64,000 bases of DNA from Auanema rhodensis (lineage: Eukaryota > Animalia > Nematoda): contig OZ059896.1 of assembly GCA_964057225.1 (NCBI GenBank), positions 13,268,001 through 13,332,000 of the forward strand, in the 5' to 3' direction. The notes beneath the pieces were generated by a model. The model ran no database searches, had not been told where the DNA came from, and saw only the letters and a list, made by a program, of their open reading frames with translations. Below are positions 1 through 11,740 of this stretch, piece after piece (positions within the stretch are counted from its first letter, which is position 1; each line of letters opens with the position of its first letter). The translations under genes and the position numbers were made by a program.

Positions 1-3000
1 TCAAACAATATTTTAAAAATTATCTCACCATTTGTCTTCTGAACCACGCATTCCTAGCACGGACTCCGAATACTTCATCTACGAATAAAATTAAAACTCT
101 CAAAGGAATGTTCTCAGAATCATCATGTTCAGGAATTGCAGCAGCAACACGATCTGGGGCAATAATAGGAGATTTTGTAATTACATTCAGAGGGTTCTGA
201 AAACATGAGAATCAATGCATACATATTCAAATGAAAACTAGCAATTATGCTCCTGGTTGCATTATTGATTCCTGAACCTATCTTAGAAACTCCATCCATC
301 ATCTGAAACATAAAAAAATTTAAAAGAAAAAAGAAAAATAACAACTTGTTCAGGAACAGATAGTACAGTACTCCCCATAGCTTTAACACCCATTTTGATA
401 GGATCAAACATAACAGACATTACCTATAAAACAATATATAACAAATAAGGAGCAATATGTTGAACTTTGCGCGATAATGGTTCTCGAGTTCCTGTGTATT
501 CTTTTTGGCTTAAAAAGTCAAAAACAATCTTATTAAGTTCAGGATGACATTGAATAAGCGATGGTTGCAGAATACTTTCAAGAAATTGGTTCAATGCCTA
601 TAAAGAAAACGGAAACTTTGAAGATAAGCAGTACAACAAACCTTAGTTCTTTTTTCAAGAAAATGCGGATCAAGATTATTGAAGGTTTTCTTTCCCGGGA
701 AAGAAAGAGAGCAAAGTTTGGGATACTATAATATGTGCATAGAACTTGAAAGAGTTAATAAGTTTACCTTTTGAACAATGAAACTGTGAAGCACGTGAAA
801 ATCACTATAGCGTCTCAACACATTCCAAGAACTTATTTTCTTACCGTTCAAATGTTTGCTTACTCGAACATTATATAAAGCAAATGACTGTTTACCCTGA
901 AAACAGATATTTTAATCACGTAATATATGTTAGATAACTTGTTGACCAATCCCTAAAGTTTCAACAGTAGCTGTAGTGACAGGGTCGTCAGTATTCGGAA
1001 AAGACGATTTCACATCCTGAAAGTGAACACATTTATAAGTTAACTTTGAAAACTACGTGCTTTAATAGGACTTTTAAGTGAATCTTCTGCTGAATTCTTT
1101 GAGGAATCAGACACGGGGGTCAAAGGTCGATCATCATCGGATATAATACCAAGCTCGAGAAGTAATTTAACATAAAGTGGGCTTCTCTTGAAAGCTGGAT
1201 AGAAATGTTCATCGGTACGTAGAGCTTCTACAATCTGTAATTTACAATTATAATTATTAGTAGTTGAGTGCGTAGTACTTTTTCTTGAACATTTTCGAAC
1301 CAACAATCCATTATTTCATCATTTCGGAGCCGAGACAGAAACTTGGCAATTACTGAATCTTCCAGAGGAACTCTTGTCACAGCCTAAAATTCTCACAATC
1401 AACATACAATAAATTTTACAAACTTCTTGAGATAAATACTGTTGATACATAAATTGCGCAGCTTCTTTAATTGTTTCATAAACATCTTCATCAGCCGACT
1501 CTCCATTCGCGAGAGACCGTAATTGATGCTCAACAGATACTTTAAATCCCTATAAAAATTTAAATAGCTTTAAATTTTTAAAGAAGTCTAACCTCAATGG
1601 CTAAGTAGCAGTCTATATAATTTTGTCCTCCGACAGATTGTAAGAAGTCAATAAAAAAAGATATCGCAACACTGTTGGTAAGTACTACATGTATAGGAAG
1701 CTGAACTAATTTATTTTCATTAGTAGTATCCAAAGTGTGAAGCTATAAGAAAATAATCATAAACAATTCCAATCATGAAGACTTACAACGTCTACTCCAG
1801 GTTCCACAGTATGGTTAGCAATTAAAGCCATTTTACGCTTTATTATGAACTCGATGTGATCTAGACTGCCCAATTGTTGCTTGACAAAAATACCTAAAAT
1901 GCAATAGAATTGATTGTGGAAAATTTTTTTAACCTTGTTCTCCTCCAGAATCTTTCCCCCGTAATACAGTTTTCTCATATGACACTGATTTATAAACAGC
2001 TTCTAGTTCTTCGATTGAGTCGCTGTTCTCAAGGCATTGCACAAAATCTTCTGGTCTAGGAGAGACTTCACTGAACTATAGAAGAGAGATCGATATAAAC
2101 TAAATAAAATAACTTACTAGCCATATAATTAATTGAGTCATTTCAGTGGGATCAGAAAATTTATCCAATAGAGGAACAATAATTTGCCGTACTAAATAGA
2201 ATCGAAAATCTTTAATTGTACAGTATAATTTACCTATAACTTCACGCAATAAAAAACGTAGTGGTCGACATCGGAAATCTTCTGGTGGCATAATTAAATA
2301 AAGTATTATATCTACAAGATCGTGCAAATAAGCTGAATAAATCATTGTTTGAAAACGGTGAAAAAGGATGAAGTACCATTTTCGTAATGGGGTGTTGTAG
2401 AAAGTAAATCTCTGCATAAATTTTTTTCCATCTCTAATTCAAAATCGAAAAATATGCTTAGTAGATCACCCTGTGTTGAATTAGATTCATCTTAAATCAA
2501 ATATATTCATATAAATGCTTAGAAAAACGAAATACTATTTTTAATATTTTCTGATTTTTCTTTAGCCATGCGGTAAAGCCGAAGATGGGAAGCAAAGTCA
2601 TCAACAACATGTCTTGTGAAAAATTGTATCCAATCAACTCTTCTCACACTATAACAAGATGTATGATTTACATAAGACAAAATGAAACCTTTGTGATAAT
2701 GCCGAAATCGAACGTCGAGTAGTTCTTTTAATACTTTCCTTAAAAAGCTCATCAGTAGATAACGAACGGTACCAAGAATCAATATAGTCCCGTAAAACCA
2801 AATTCAATATCTGCAAACCCTTGATACTGATCTTATTTTTGATTTTTAAAATATTTGCCTGCTCTAACTCAGAGTCCATAGCGGGTGAACCGGTCATTGA
2901 GTGAATCTGTTCATAGCTAGACCTGTCGTTAAATCTTTGTTTATTCCGTAAAAGAGAATCTATACCATTAGGATAATGATGATCTTAACAATATGCATGC

Positions 3001-3272
3001 CAAATATAAATTGTACTGTTATAATTAATATTTTCCAAACCTGTTAGAGAAGCAAAATCATTTTTAAGTTCTGATGTACGTCGTTGGCAATGCAAGAATA
3101 TGACATAAGTCAACCTATAGCAGATTCATTCATACTATATTGTAATAAGAACATACCCCAAAATGAAGGAAATCAAACTTAGGACCACTACAAGTAATCC
3201 AGAAACTCCAAAAGTTGCCGAAAATAGAATTAAACCTGACCCGATTAAGTATTTTGCAGAGTTGGCTATCAT
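1..3272 (-). CDS. snx-13: Sorting nexin 13-like (N-terminal TM hairpin, PXA, RGS, PX); multi-exon, 3' end runs off the window start
   Basis: ATG at 3272 opens a hydrophobic N-terminus (MIANSAKYLIGSGLILFSATFGVSGLLVVVLSLISFILGY). PXA motifs ILNLVLRDYIDSWYRSLS, VDWIQFFTRHVVDDFASHLRLYR and LRFLLREVI are present. An RGS-like segment ends in HFYPAFKRSPLYVKLLLELGI. A PX-like segment (VRVSKHLNG..NVLRRYSDFHVLH, FPGKK) lies at 690-900. Confidence 0.85.
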
Positions 3273-3677
3273 TTTAATTTTCAACTCATATTCACGTTAA
3301 GAGATACGCAGTAAGCAACTTTTAGATATCGAATCCACTATTCTTCAATAAAAATATTGACATATGGACGGTTAATATCAGTGAAAAATGTTACAAATTT
3401 ATCATATGTATAATAATGAAAACATTAACGCGCTCCGTTGAGAATATCTGCTCGCGTGTAAATCAAACCTTGTAATTCAGGGAATATTTATAACGCGGGC
3501 CAGCTATTCGAAATATATCTACGCCATTTCAAAAAGGGATTTTTTCTGCTTTGTTTCAGAAAATAAGTAAATTTTTTATTAAAATTTCGCATACTTGTTT
3601 GTAATAATTAGAACACTCTTCTAGCTATTGTTTTCCTTATTAGTATTTATTTGAAACATTATTGTTTCATGTATATT

Positions 3678-3683
3678 GTTTAG
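3678..3683 (+). promoter_or_regulatory. Probable SL trans-splice acceptor directly abutting the SmD3 ATG
   Basis: gtttag|ATG preceded by an AT-rich outron-like stretch, a typical nematode arrangement. Confidence 0.55.
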
Positions 3684-4263
3684 ATGACTTCTGTTGGTGT
3701 GCCAATTAAAATTTTGCACGAAGCCGAAGGCCATATTGTTACTTTAGAAACAGTAACAGGTAAAATAATTATATATTTTTTTGACTGTTTTCATTTTTCA
3801 AGGCGAAATCTACAGAGGAAAATTGAATGAAGCTGAAGACAACATGAATTGCCAAATGACTGAAGTTGTTGTTACCTTCCGTGATGGACGTACTCATCAG
3901 TTAGATAATGTATTCATTAGAGGGAACAAGGTTTATATATCTATTATTTTTGATATTCAAAGTGAAATTTTACAGATCAAGTTTATGATTCTTCCCGATA
4001 TGTTGAAAAATGCTCCAATGTTTAAGAATATTGGAAGAGCTCAGAAGGTAATTATTGCAGCCTCAGCTGTTATTAGAGTTTTATTTTAGGGAGCTATTGG
4101 AATGGGTCTTGGAGGTGATACTAGAGGTCGTCCTGCTAGGGGAACTGCTTTCAGGAGGTAAAATTTCGGTTCAACACGAAAACAAAGCTTTTATTGCAGA
4201 GGTGCTCAGACGAGAGGTGCTCCACGTGGGATGACTAGGCCGGGAGTTCCCTTCCGTGGTTAA
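3684..4263 (+). CDS. snr-1: Small nuclear ribonucleoprotein Sm D3 (5 exons)
   Basis: Spliced translation [44 protein letters not shown]...[24 protein letters not shown]...RG-containing tail, stop TAA at 4261-4263. GT-AG introns. Confidence 0.96.
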
Positions 4264-6477
4264 TATGACGACTAATGATATTTATAACTTTCTTTTGATT
4301 CTTGTTTTCTGAAATCTGCGATCTCTTCGCTTCCAATTATGTTGTTAATTTTGTTTCTTAAATAAATTCTGACTTTCTAAGCTGTTTTGTTCTTTATAAT
4401 GTAACGGGATGTTCTTCGATATAAATAATTAACAAATCCAAGCAAAGTGTAGAAACGCTTAAGGCCATAGTTATTTCGAGAAATTGTTGACTCATTTTCC
4501 TTTCATAAAACCTGAAGAATACATATGCTCTAGGGATGGTTTCGTTTCATCATATGGTGACTGTGGTTGCCTTGTTTCGTTCCTCTAATTAAGATAGCAT
4601 TGGCTTTTTATGAGTCTGTCTTCATAGTATTCTGGAATAAAAGACACATTAAAGAATGATCATTAGCAACAAGAGTCCAATTTTTCATTTTTCTTATATT
4701 TTCGGCATGGTTTCATGTCCAAGTCACATCGGCCACTTTAGATTTGGTACGTGGTTATTCTGTGGTTTCTATGATATATCTTTTATTATATTTTATGAGC
4801 TCCATTAGAGATAAAAAGGAAATACTTTTTGAAAATTCATATCTTTGAAGAGTAATATCTCAAAAATTGAATTAATAGTTTTCATTGAATTTCTTTTATT
4901 CTCGATAATATATCAATTATAATTACTCAAGAAATATATTATGTTGAAGTTCAAAAGGATATCCTAGTCGCTGAGCCATCGAAAATAAGGAACAGGTATG
5001 GATTATGGGCACGGCGGGAAGTTTCTGGCAGTAGGCAATTATGTCCCAACTTAAAGGCTTTATTACTAACTTGTGCGTGGAGAAAGCTCTTATTCTTGGT
5101 TTTTAAAAGCTTCAAACTTCGTTTTACTATATGTAGTTAATTTCATGCTGTAAGCCAATTGGTTATTAAACATTATTTCAATATTTTTGTATTTTCAAAT
5201 TCATAAATTCATAAATAAAATCTATAAATCCATTATGGGTGAACTGACACTGTCTCGAACTTTCATAATTTTTACTTGATATTGGAAACTATAAAATCAA
5301 TACTTTTTGATAATGTATATTGTAAAAATATCATTTGGGAGGAGAAGTTTTATTGAAATGTTTTATTGAGTTTTGCTAGAGAGCATTCCAGTTCATTAAT
5401 TTTCATCGTATATGCTTACTTATGCTTTTGTGCTAGTTCTTTAACAACATTACTCGAAACCCACTTAGCTATGTTTCGAAGACCCATAGACATTTTTAGT
5501 TTTTTGATGCGAAAAATAAAAAAAAATTCTTTCTATCTATAATTTGCATAAATATGTATATACTGTAATATAATTCTTAGTAAAAAATTTCAGTCTAAAA
5601 TAATTTTTCTTCTAATCTTCATATTCGTAAATTCAAAATCTATTTTCTGTTACGAATAAAACAATAGTTATTAAACTTTATCCAAACCCAAATTTCACAG
5701 TATATTTAATTAACTAAATCCTAATAAATATACATATAAGTTATTTTAATTTTTATTATAATAGTATTTATTTTCGTAAATTTATTTTTAAGAAATATAA
5801 TATAGTTGACTAAAATATATGTGTTGTTCTCTATTTTCTTCAAGTCTTTACTTCCGATTCCGTAGATGATGATGAGACTAGAGAGAAAAAAACTATAATT
5901 TGGTTTTGGACCTATGCATGTATATCGGAAATTTGATAAATGAGTCTTTCCATACAGCGAAATGTAGAGTAAAAGCTCAGTATATTGAGTATATATTTAA
6001 TAAAATATTTATATTTGTGTTTAAAGTCGAAATTCTTCATATTTTCCTATACAATATCTCATAGAATTTTGGAATATTTGGAAAAACAATAAAGGTTAGA
6101 ACTATTTTTTTCCTACGGTTAGTAAAAAACAAAAGCAGAGTGAGATAGAAATTTAATGTTTAATTATTGATCAAAAGATTCACCAAAATTGTGGATTGAG
6201 CTTTATAAAATGCTCCTGCAAATGCTTTGTATTCGTTTTATCCAAAGAATGAATCCCATTGATTTAATGTGGTCCTACCTTATGGTAATACGATATTAGT
6301 CTTTGCTTAAATGATTTCTGTTGGTTGCAATTAGTCCATAGAAAAGAAGTTATACGATGAATTAATTAAGAAAAAATAGGCAATTTTGTTCTCTTTCACC
6401 TTTTTTTTAAATTTTATAAACAGTTTTGAAGCTCTTTATCACACTGAACCATATTTAGTTTGTATCCGATGCTGCTT

Positions 6478-6790
6478 AGACTCTCGAGTACGAGATTAAA
6501 GCTCAATCTCAACCATTCTTGGAATCTCCGGTTCGAGACTAAGAGTCAAGCTTAACTATTCTTGAAGACTTCGGTTCGACAACAAGGCAGTATCTCATCT
6601 ATTCTTGAAGCCTCCGGTTCGAAATGAAAGCTGAATCTTAACTATTCTTCTAGTCTCCGGTTCAAAATTAAAGCTGAAATTTAACTATTCGTCTAGTCTC
6701 ATGTTTGAAACTTAAACTCAAGCCTAACCGTTCCTTGACTCTCAGACTCGATACTAAGGCTCAAGCATATTTATCCCCTGAGTCATTAGC
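6478..6790. repeat. Degenerate 43-bp minisatellite, ~7 copies
   Basis: The core ggttc(g/a)a starts at 6530, 6573, 6616 and 6659 (period 43). The unit resembles ctccggttcgaaattaaagctgaatcttaactattcttgaag. Confidence 0.85.
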
Positions 6791-7463
6791 TCAAAATAAC
6801 TGAATATTCAATAAAACATCGAATCTATTAATGTTTTATATATTTATTGTTGTTGAGGTACACTTTTCGTGTTTATATATAGTTTAAAGTTTAATTTCTA
6901 CAAGATAAAAGCCACCTCATCAATATTATTCTGCTTTTCTTTTATCCATATTGCATACTTAAGGAAACAAGAAATTGTTCGTTGGGTTCTTTTCTGAACC
7001 GGAGAAAGCCACGGGATACTAAAAGTATTTGAGAACGGATAAGAGTTTCTTAATCGTGCACTCCGGCATTTATCATTTATAACTTCAAGTCAAAAGCAAT
7101 ATATGATAGAGTAATTTCTTACTTCTTTTTCATATAAAAACCTCAATCAGAGTTATTTTAGTATAATTACTTCCGAGAGAAGTATTCCTGACTACAATTT
7201 TTCACCTATAAATTCTAAAATAGAATAACAGAGATAGCATTCATTACTTTGAGAATATAGTAATATAGTCTAGCCGTCTCTCTCTGTTTCTCTCTCCCTC
7301 TCTCTCCGTCTCTTCCTCTTTCTTTCTCTCTCTTCTTTTTCGTATATTTTTTACATTTTCCACATAAGCTTTCGATGTATATTTACATATATCGCCTATA
7401 TTCCTAACGACTAACCTATCTCTCTAAGTAAAACATTTCGGATCTTTCATTAAATTTTTCAAA

Positions 7464-10400
7464 ATGGTACTAAATGTCAAACAACTTCAAGAAGCTACAA
7501 AGTATGGACCTTTGTTCATTTATTTAATTCTTTTATTATACAATGTTAAATGAACATCCATCAAATGCTTTTATTCAATTTTTTAGGACTGAAAATGATG
7601 TTTTAGCTCCAGGGGAATCAATTATGCAGTTGGATTGGATTAAACGTCATGGAAAAAAGGTATTTCTATTTTTTATTTTGATCTACTCTTTGATATTACT
7701 CTTAAACATAACATTTATGTAAATTTCCCTTACCTTTTCCTTCACCATATAATGCCCACATTGATTTAGTGCCACTCCTTTCCAGTTAAAATGCATAAAA
7801 ATGGTCAGAGAAAACTCCTCAATTGAATTTTGAGCATTTTAGTTATTTATTAGAGTTTCATTCAGAAGTAAGAAGAAGTAATGGCAGAAATTGTAGTAAA
7901 GATCTTTACTTTTTGAATTGATTCAAATATATGTATAAATGCTTGTGTATATATTTTTATGTATCTTTATCATCAATAATATGCTTACTATCTAGTCTAA
8001 TATAATTTCTTCTTTTGTTATTCACTAATATAAATCAGAAATACTATTATTTTTGTAAATTGTTGTCTATTCTTCTTTCTTCGTTTAATATGATAAAGTA
8101 ATTTTTATTTTTTATGTCAGGATGAAGTTACGACTGAAACCCGACGGAATAAAAAATATTCGAAATGACAGCCTTATACAAAAGGTTTCGAAAAACAGAG
8201 CTAAGATATAAATAATGCATTAGATCATTAAAACTTTTTTTGTATTTAAAGATCTTTATAAGCAGGTTTTTGCTTTCAGGCTACTCCTCTTGTTGTGCAT
8301 CTTCTTATGATTGTATCTGTTGGAATTTATGCCGTCTTTGGAGCTGTTGTTATGAAAAAACTGGAATCAAAGAGTATAACAGAAATCCGCTCAGAAATCG
8401 GAAAGAGACATGTTCATCAGAAAAAAAACAACGGTAATATCACATGAGATGAAACAAAATCTTAATTTAAACATTGAAGATATTTTTGCTCGGACATTGA
8501 CGTTTGATAATAAACATCCTAGAAGACGACTTCATAATGATACACTGACGTTGAAGAAGCTATTAGAGAGTTCCGATTTCAAGTGAATTGAATCAAACAG
8601 ATTTGTTTTTTGTTTATCCACTTCTTTAGCTTTCTAACTAATCGGGAGAAACGAGCATCTGCACAGGTTATGCGTAGTCGTCGATGTATCATATCAGGCA
8701 TACAGGTTTTTGAAAACGTTTTATCCATATCTTATTATCTAATTTAATAATTTAAAGAAATTAGTACATAACCAATGTTCAATTAACACACTAAATGAAA
8801 AAATATTAAAAGAATTGGATAAATGCTATCACATTTCTGTTGAACAAGATTTTCAAATAACTCAAGCACATCCTGAAACAACTGTAACATTAGGTTTTTA
8901 TTAAAATGATTTTAAATATCGACATTTTGATTTATAAAGAAGATGAATCTATACAACCTTGGTCTTTCATGGATTCGCTTCTCTTCGCCTTCACAGTAAT
9001 CACAACAATAGGCAAGTTTTTTGAAGTTTTTAATACTATTTAAACAAGAAATTATTTTATTAAAGGTTATGGAAATGTTGCACCAAAGACGTTTGAAGGT
9101 AGATTGTTTGTTATTTTATATGGTCTAGTCGGTATTCCTTTTACTTTATTGGCTATCGCTGATTTGGGTAAATTTCTATCAGAAATAATGACAGATTGGA
9201 CACAGCGACTAAATAAAATTAGAAAGTATCTTTATAAATTTATTTATTTTTTAGAGTTTTTTTTATTTTTAGAAAAATCAAAGAAAAATTTATTGTTCAA
9301 AGAAAATTAAAAGGATATAGCATTCAACAGGAAAACGGAGAAACTAAAATGACTTCTAGAAGAGGAAGTTTAGCTGAAATCATGACGGTTGAAGAGGGAA
9401 AGGTAACTATTCTTCTAATCATATTATTTTATGATATATATAAGAATTTATGAAAATACTTATAGTCACAATCAGTCCCATCTAGTGAAGATGACTCTGA
9501 TCTTGGAAGTGGACAAGCTATTGCTCTTTTTCTTGTTTTCATTCTTTATATTATTATAGGTATAAAATTAAAATAATATGTTATATATTTTAAGCAATAC
9601 AGGTGGTATAATGCTAGCAGCTTATGAGCCTGATATGGATTTCTTTAAAGCAGTTTATTTCAATTTTGTTACATTAACATCGATAGGATTGGGTGATATT
9701 GTTCCAAGAAGGTTTATAAATTAATATAAAATTAATATAAAATATTTATATTTAAGCGAAACATATATGATTCTAACTATAATTTATATTGCTATTGGAT
9801 TAGCATTAACTACGATGGCAATAGAAATTGCTGCTGATACATTAAAAAAGCTTCATTACTATGGAAGAAAAATAGAGAATGTTGGAAATGTGGCAATATG
9901 GTTTGGAGGAAAAAAGTAATCAGATTGAAAACTGATGACCAAATTACAAAAAGTTTTGAGAATTACAATGAAAGCATTGGTCAAAAATTTGGGAGACCAG
10001 TTCAACTTGCCAACCACAACAATAAAAGATTTGGATTTGGACAATTTTGTAGATATGGCTATCAAAGTAGAAGAAGGAGAACTTGAAACATTACGAGTAT
10101 CTGCACATCTTTTTAGCTATTTATTGAATAATATGTTTTAGCCACCTCCATTTGAACCTGGTCCATCTGATTCTAAAGAAGATTTTGAATCAATACAAGG
10201 TAAGATGATTTACAAACTGTATTATGAATATGGAATTGCACAATTGAATGAATGCACGTGTGATCTTTGTAGAAATCGAGTGGATATCTGTTCACACACC
10301 TTCCCCCGAACCAGAACCAGAACCAGAACCAGAACCGGAACCTCCTAAAACACCTGAGTGTGAGATTATAAGCAGCACTTCGCCTTCAACGAGTTCCATA

Positions 10401-11039
10401 ATATCTGGTATCATTTATTCCAGTATTCAGTTTGCTGTTTGATTTTTTTTCAAATTTAACCTATTCATAGCTAATTTCAACATTTTTAGAGGAAAGCAAA
10501 GAAGCTACCCCGATTCCCAGTCCGATTCCAGAAATTGTAGAAGCTGAGCCTGTAGTTGAAGAAGTAATACCACCAAAAGCTGAAAGCCCAATCCCTATTG
10601 AGGAACCGCCTTCACCTCAAGTACAGGTGTGCTTTATATAAAACTTGAAACAATTTTACTTTCAGGAAGAACCACCGCCACAGGTTGTTAAACGTGAGTT
10701 TTGTATTAACTAAAGCTTTTAAAAAATAACGATACATACTTAAAATAAGAGATTATAATTTGTTTCAAATTTAGCAAAAGCATTAACAGCTGCCGAGCTA
10801 GCAGCTCAAAAACGAAGAGCATATAGCGAAGAAGCCTGGCGAAGATATCAGGAATATCAAAAAGTATTAATAGAAATCAAAAATATATAGAACGAAACAT
10901 TTTTCAGCAATGGAAAAAATTCCGCCAAACTCAAAACGTAACCCCACCAGCAACAAGCACAACACCATCCACGCGTAATGGATCAGGCCCAAGCTCATCA
11001 AAGGGCTCAACTCAACCAGGAACTCCAGAAGCCCGATGA
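7464..11039 (+). CDS. Two-pore-domain K+ channel (TWK family) with Pro/Glu-rich C-terminal tail; ~18 exons, start uncertain
   Basis: TM1 LVVHLLMIVSVGIYAVFGAVVM (8281-). P1 WSFMDSLLFAFTVITTIG|YGNVAPKTFEGRLFVILYGLVGIPFTLLAIADLGKFL. P2 MDFFKAVYFNFVTLTSIGLGDIVPR. TM4 followed by KKLHYYGRKIENVGNVAIWFGGKK. Stop TGA at 11037-11039. Confidence 0.9.
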
Positions 11040-11740
11040 AGACTACTAGACAACTTCAAAAAATATTTTTGTAATAATCAAATTTTTACTGTTAAATTTT
11101 GATTTGATATACAATTCATGTTTTTTGGTACAAAAATAGCAGCAGCGGATATTGATGCCGCAAATTGGAAAACAGTGAAAGTTTATTGATAAATCAAAAT
11201 ATTTGTGTTTTGTCGATAACTTTAAAATATATCATTTATTTTAATTGTTTATTTGAATATTTATAACAATAATAATCGAAATTGAAAACAAATTTTTGAA
11301 ATTTCCTGTATATGGAATGATAGAGAATAATTTAGAATATTTTTTCTTATTTCATCTAATTCTCTGATTGTTGAATTAAAGCTTTATCATTCTTGTATAA
11401 AAGTTTCAAGAAATTTCTCTTGTAAGATAAAGTAAAAAACAATTTTATTAAGCAAAGCTTTATTAGTTTAACAACAACTAGAATTTTCAGTTTAAAAAAC
11501 CCTAATAACTACAATATATTGCATAAATATGAAAATAAAATGCAAAAAAACCGTTTACATAGGAAAATACTTTTCTGTCCAGCAAATATTAAAGAAATAA
11601 ATAGAATGACAAGCGCACAGCAAAAAAGAAATAAATAAAACCGTCTAATAATCATTAAGGAATGTTCAGAACCAATTAATTGAGACTAAAATTATGTTTT
11701 TTTACTATGGTATGAAAGGTTTTAACTTACTCAAAGTTTC

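Noticed and set aside
4520-4770. Imperfect hairpins downstream of SmD3 (H/ACA snoRNA or pre-miRNA)
   Set aside because: No proper H box, and the pairing is too weak to call by eye.
6478-6790. CRISPR-like array
   Set aside because: Eukaryotic context, the whole 43-bp unit is repeated, there are no unique spacers, and no cas genes are present.
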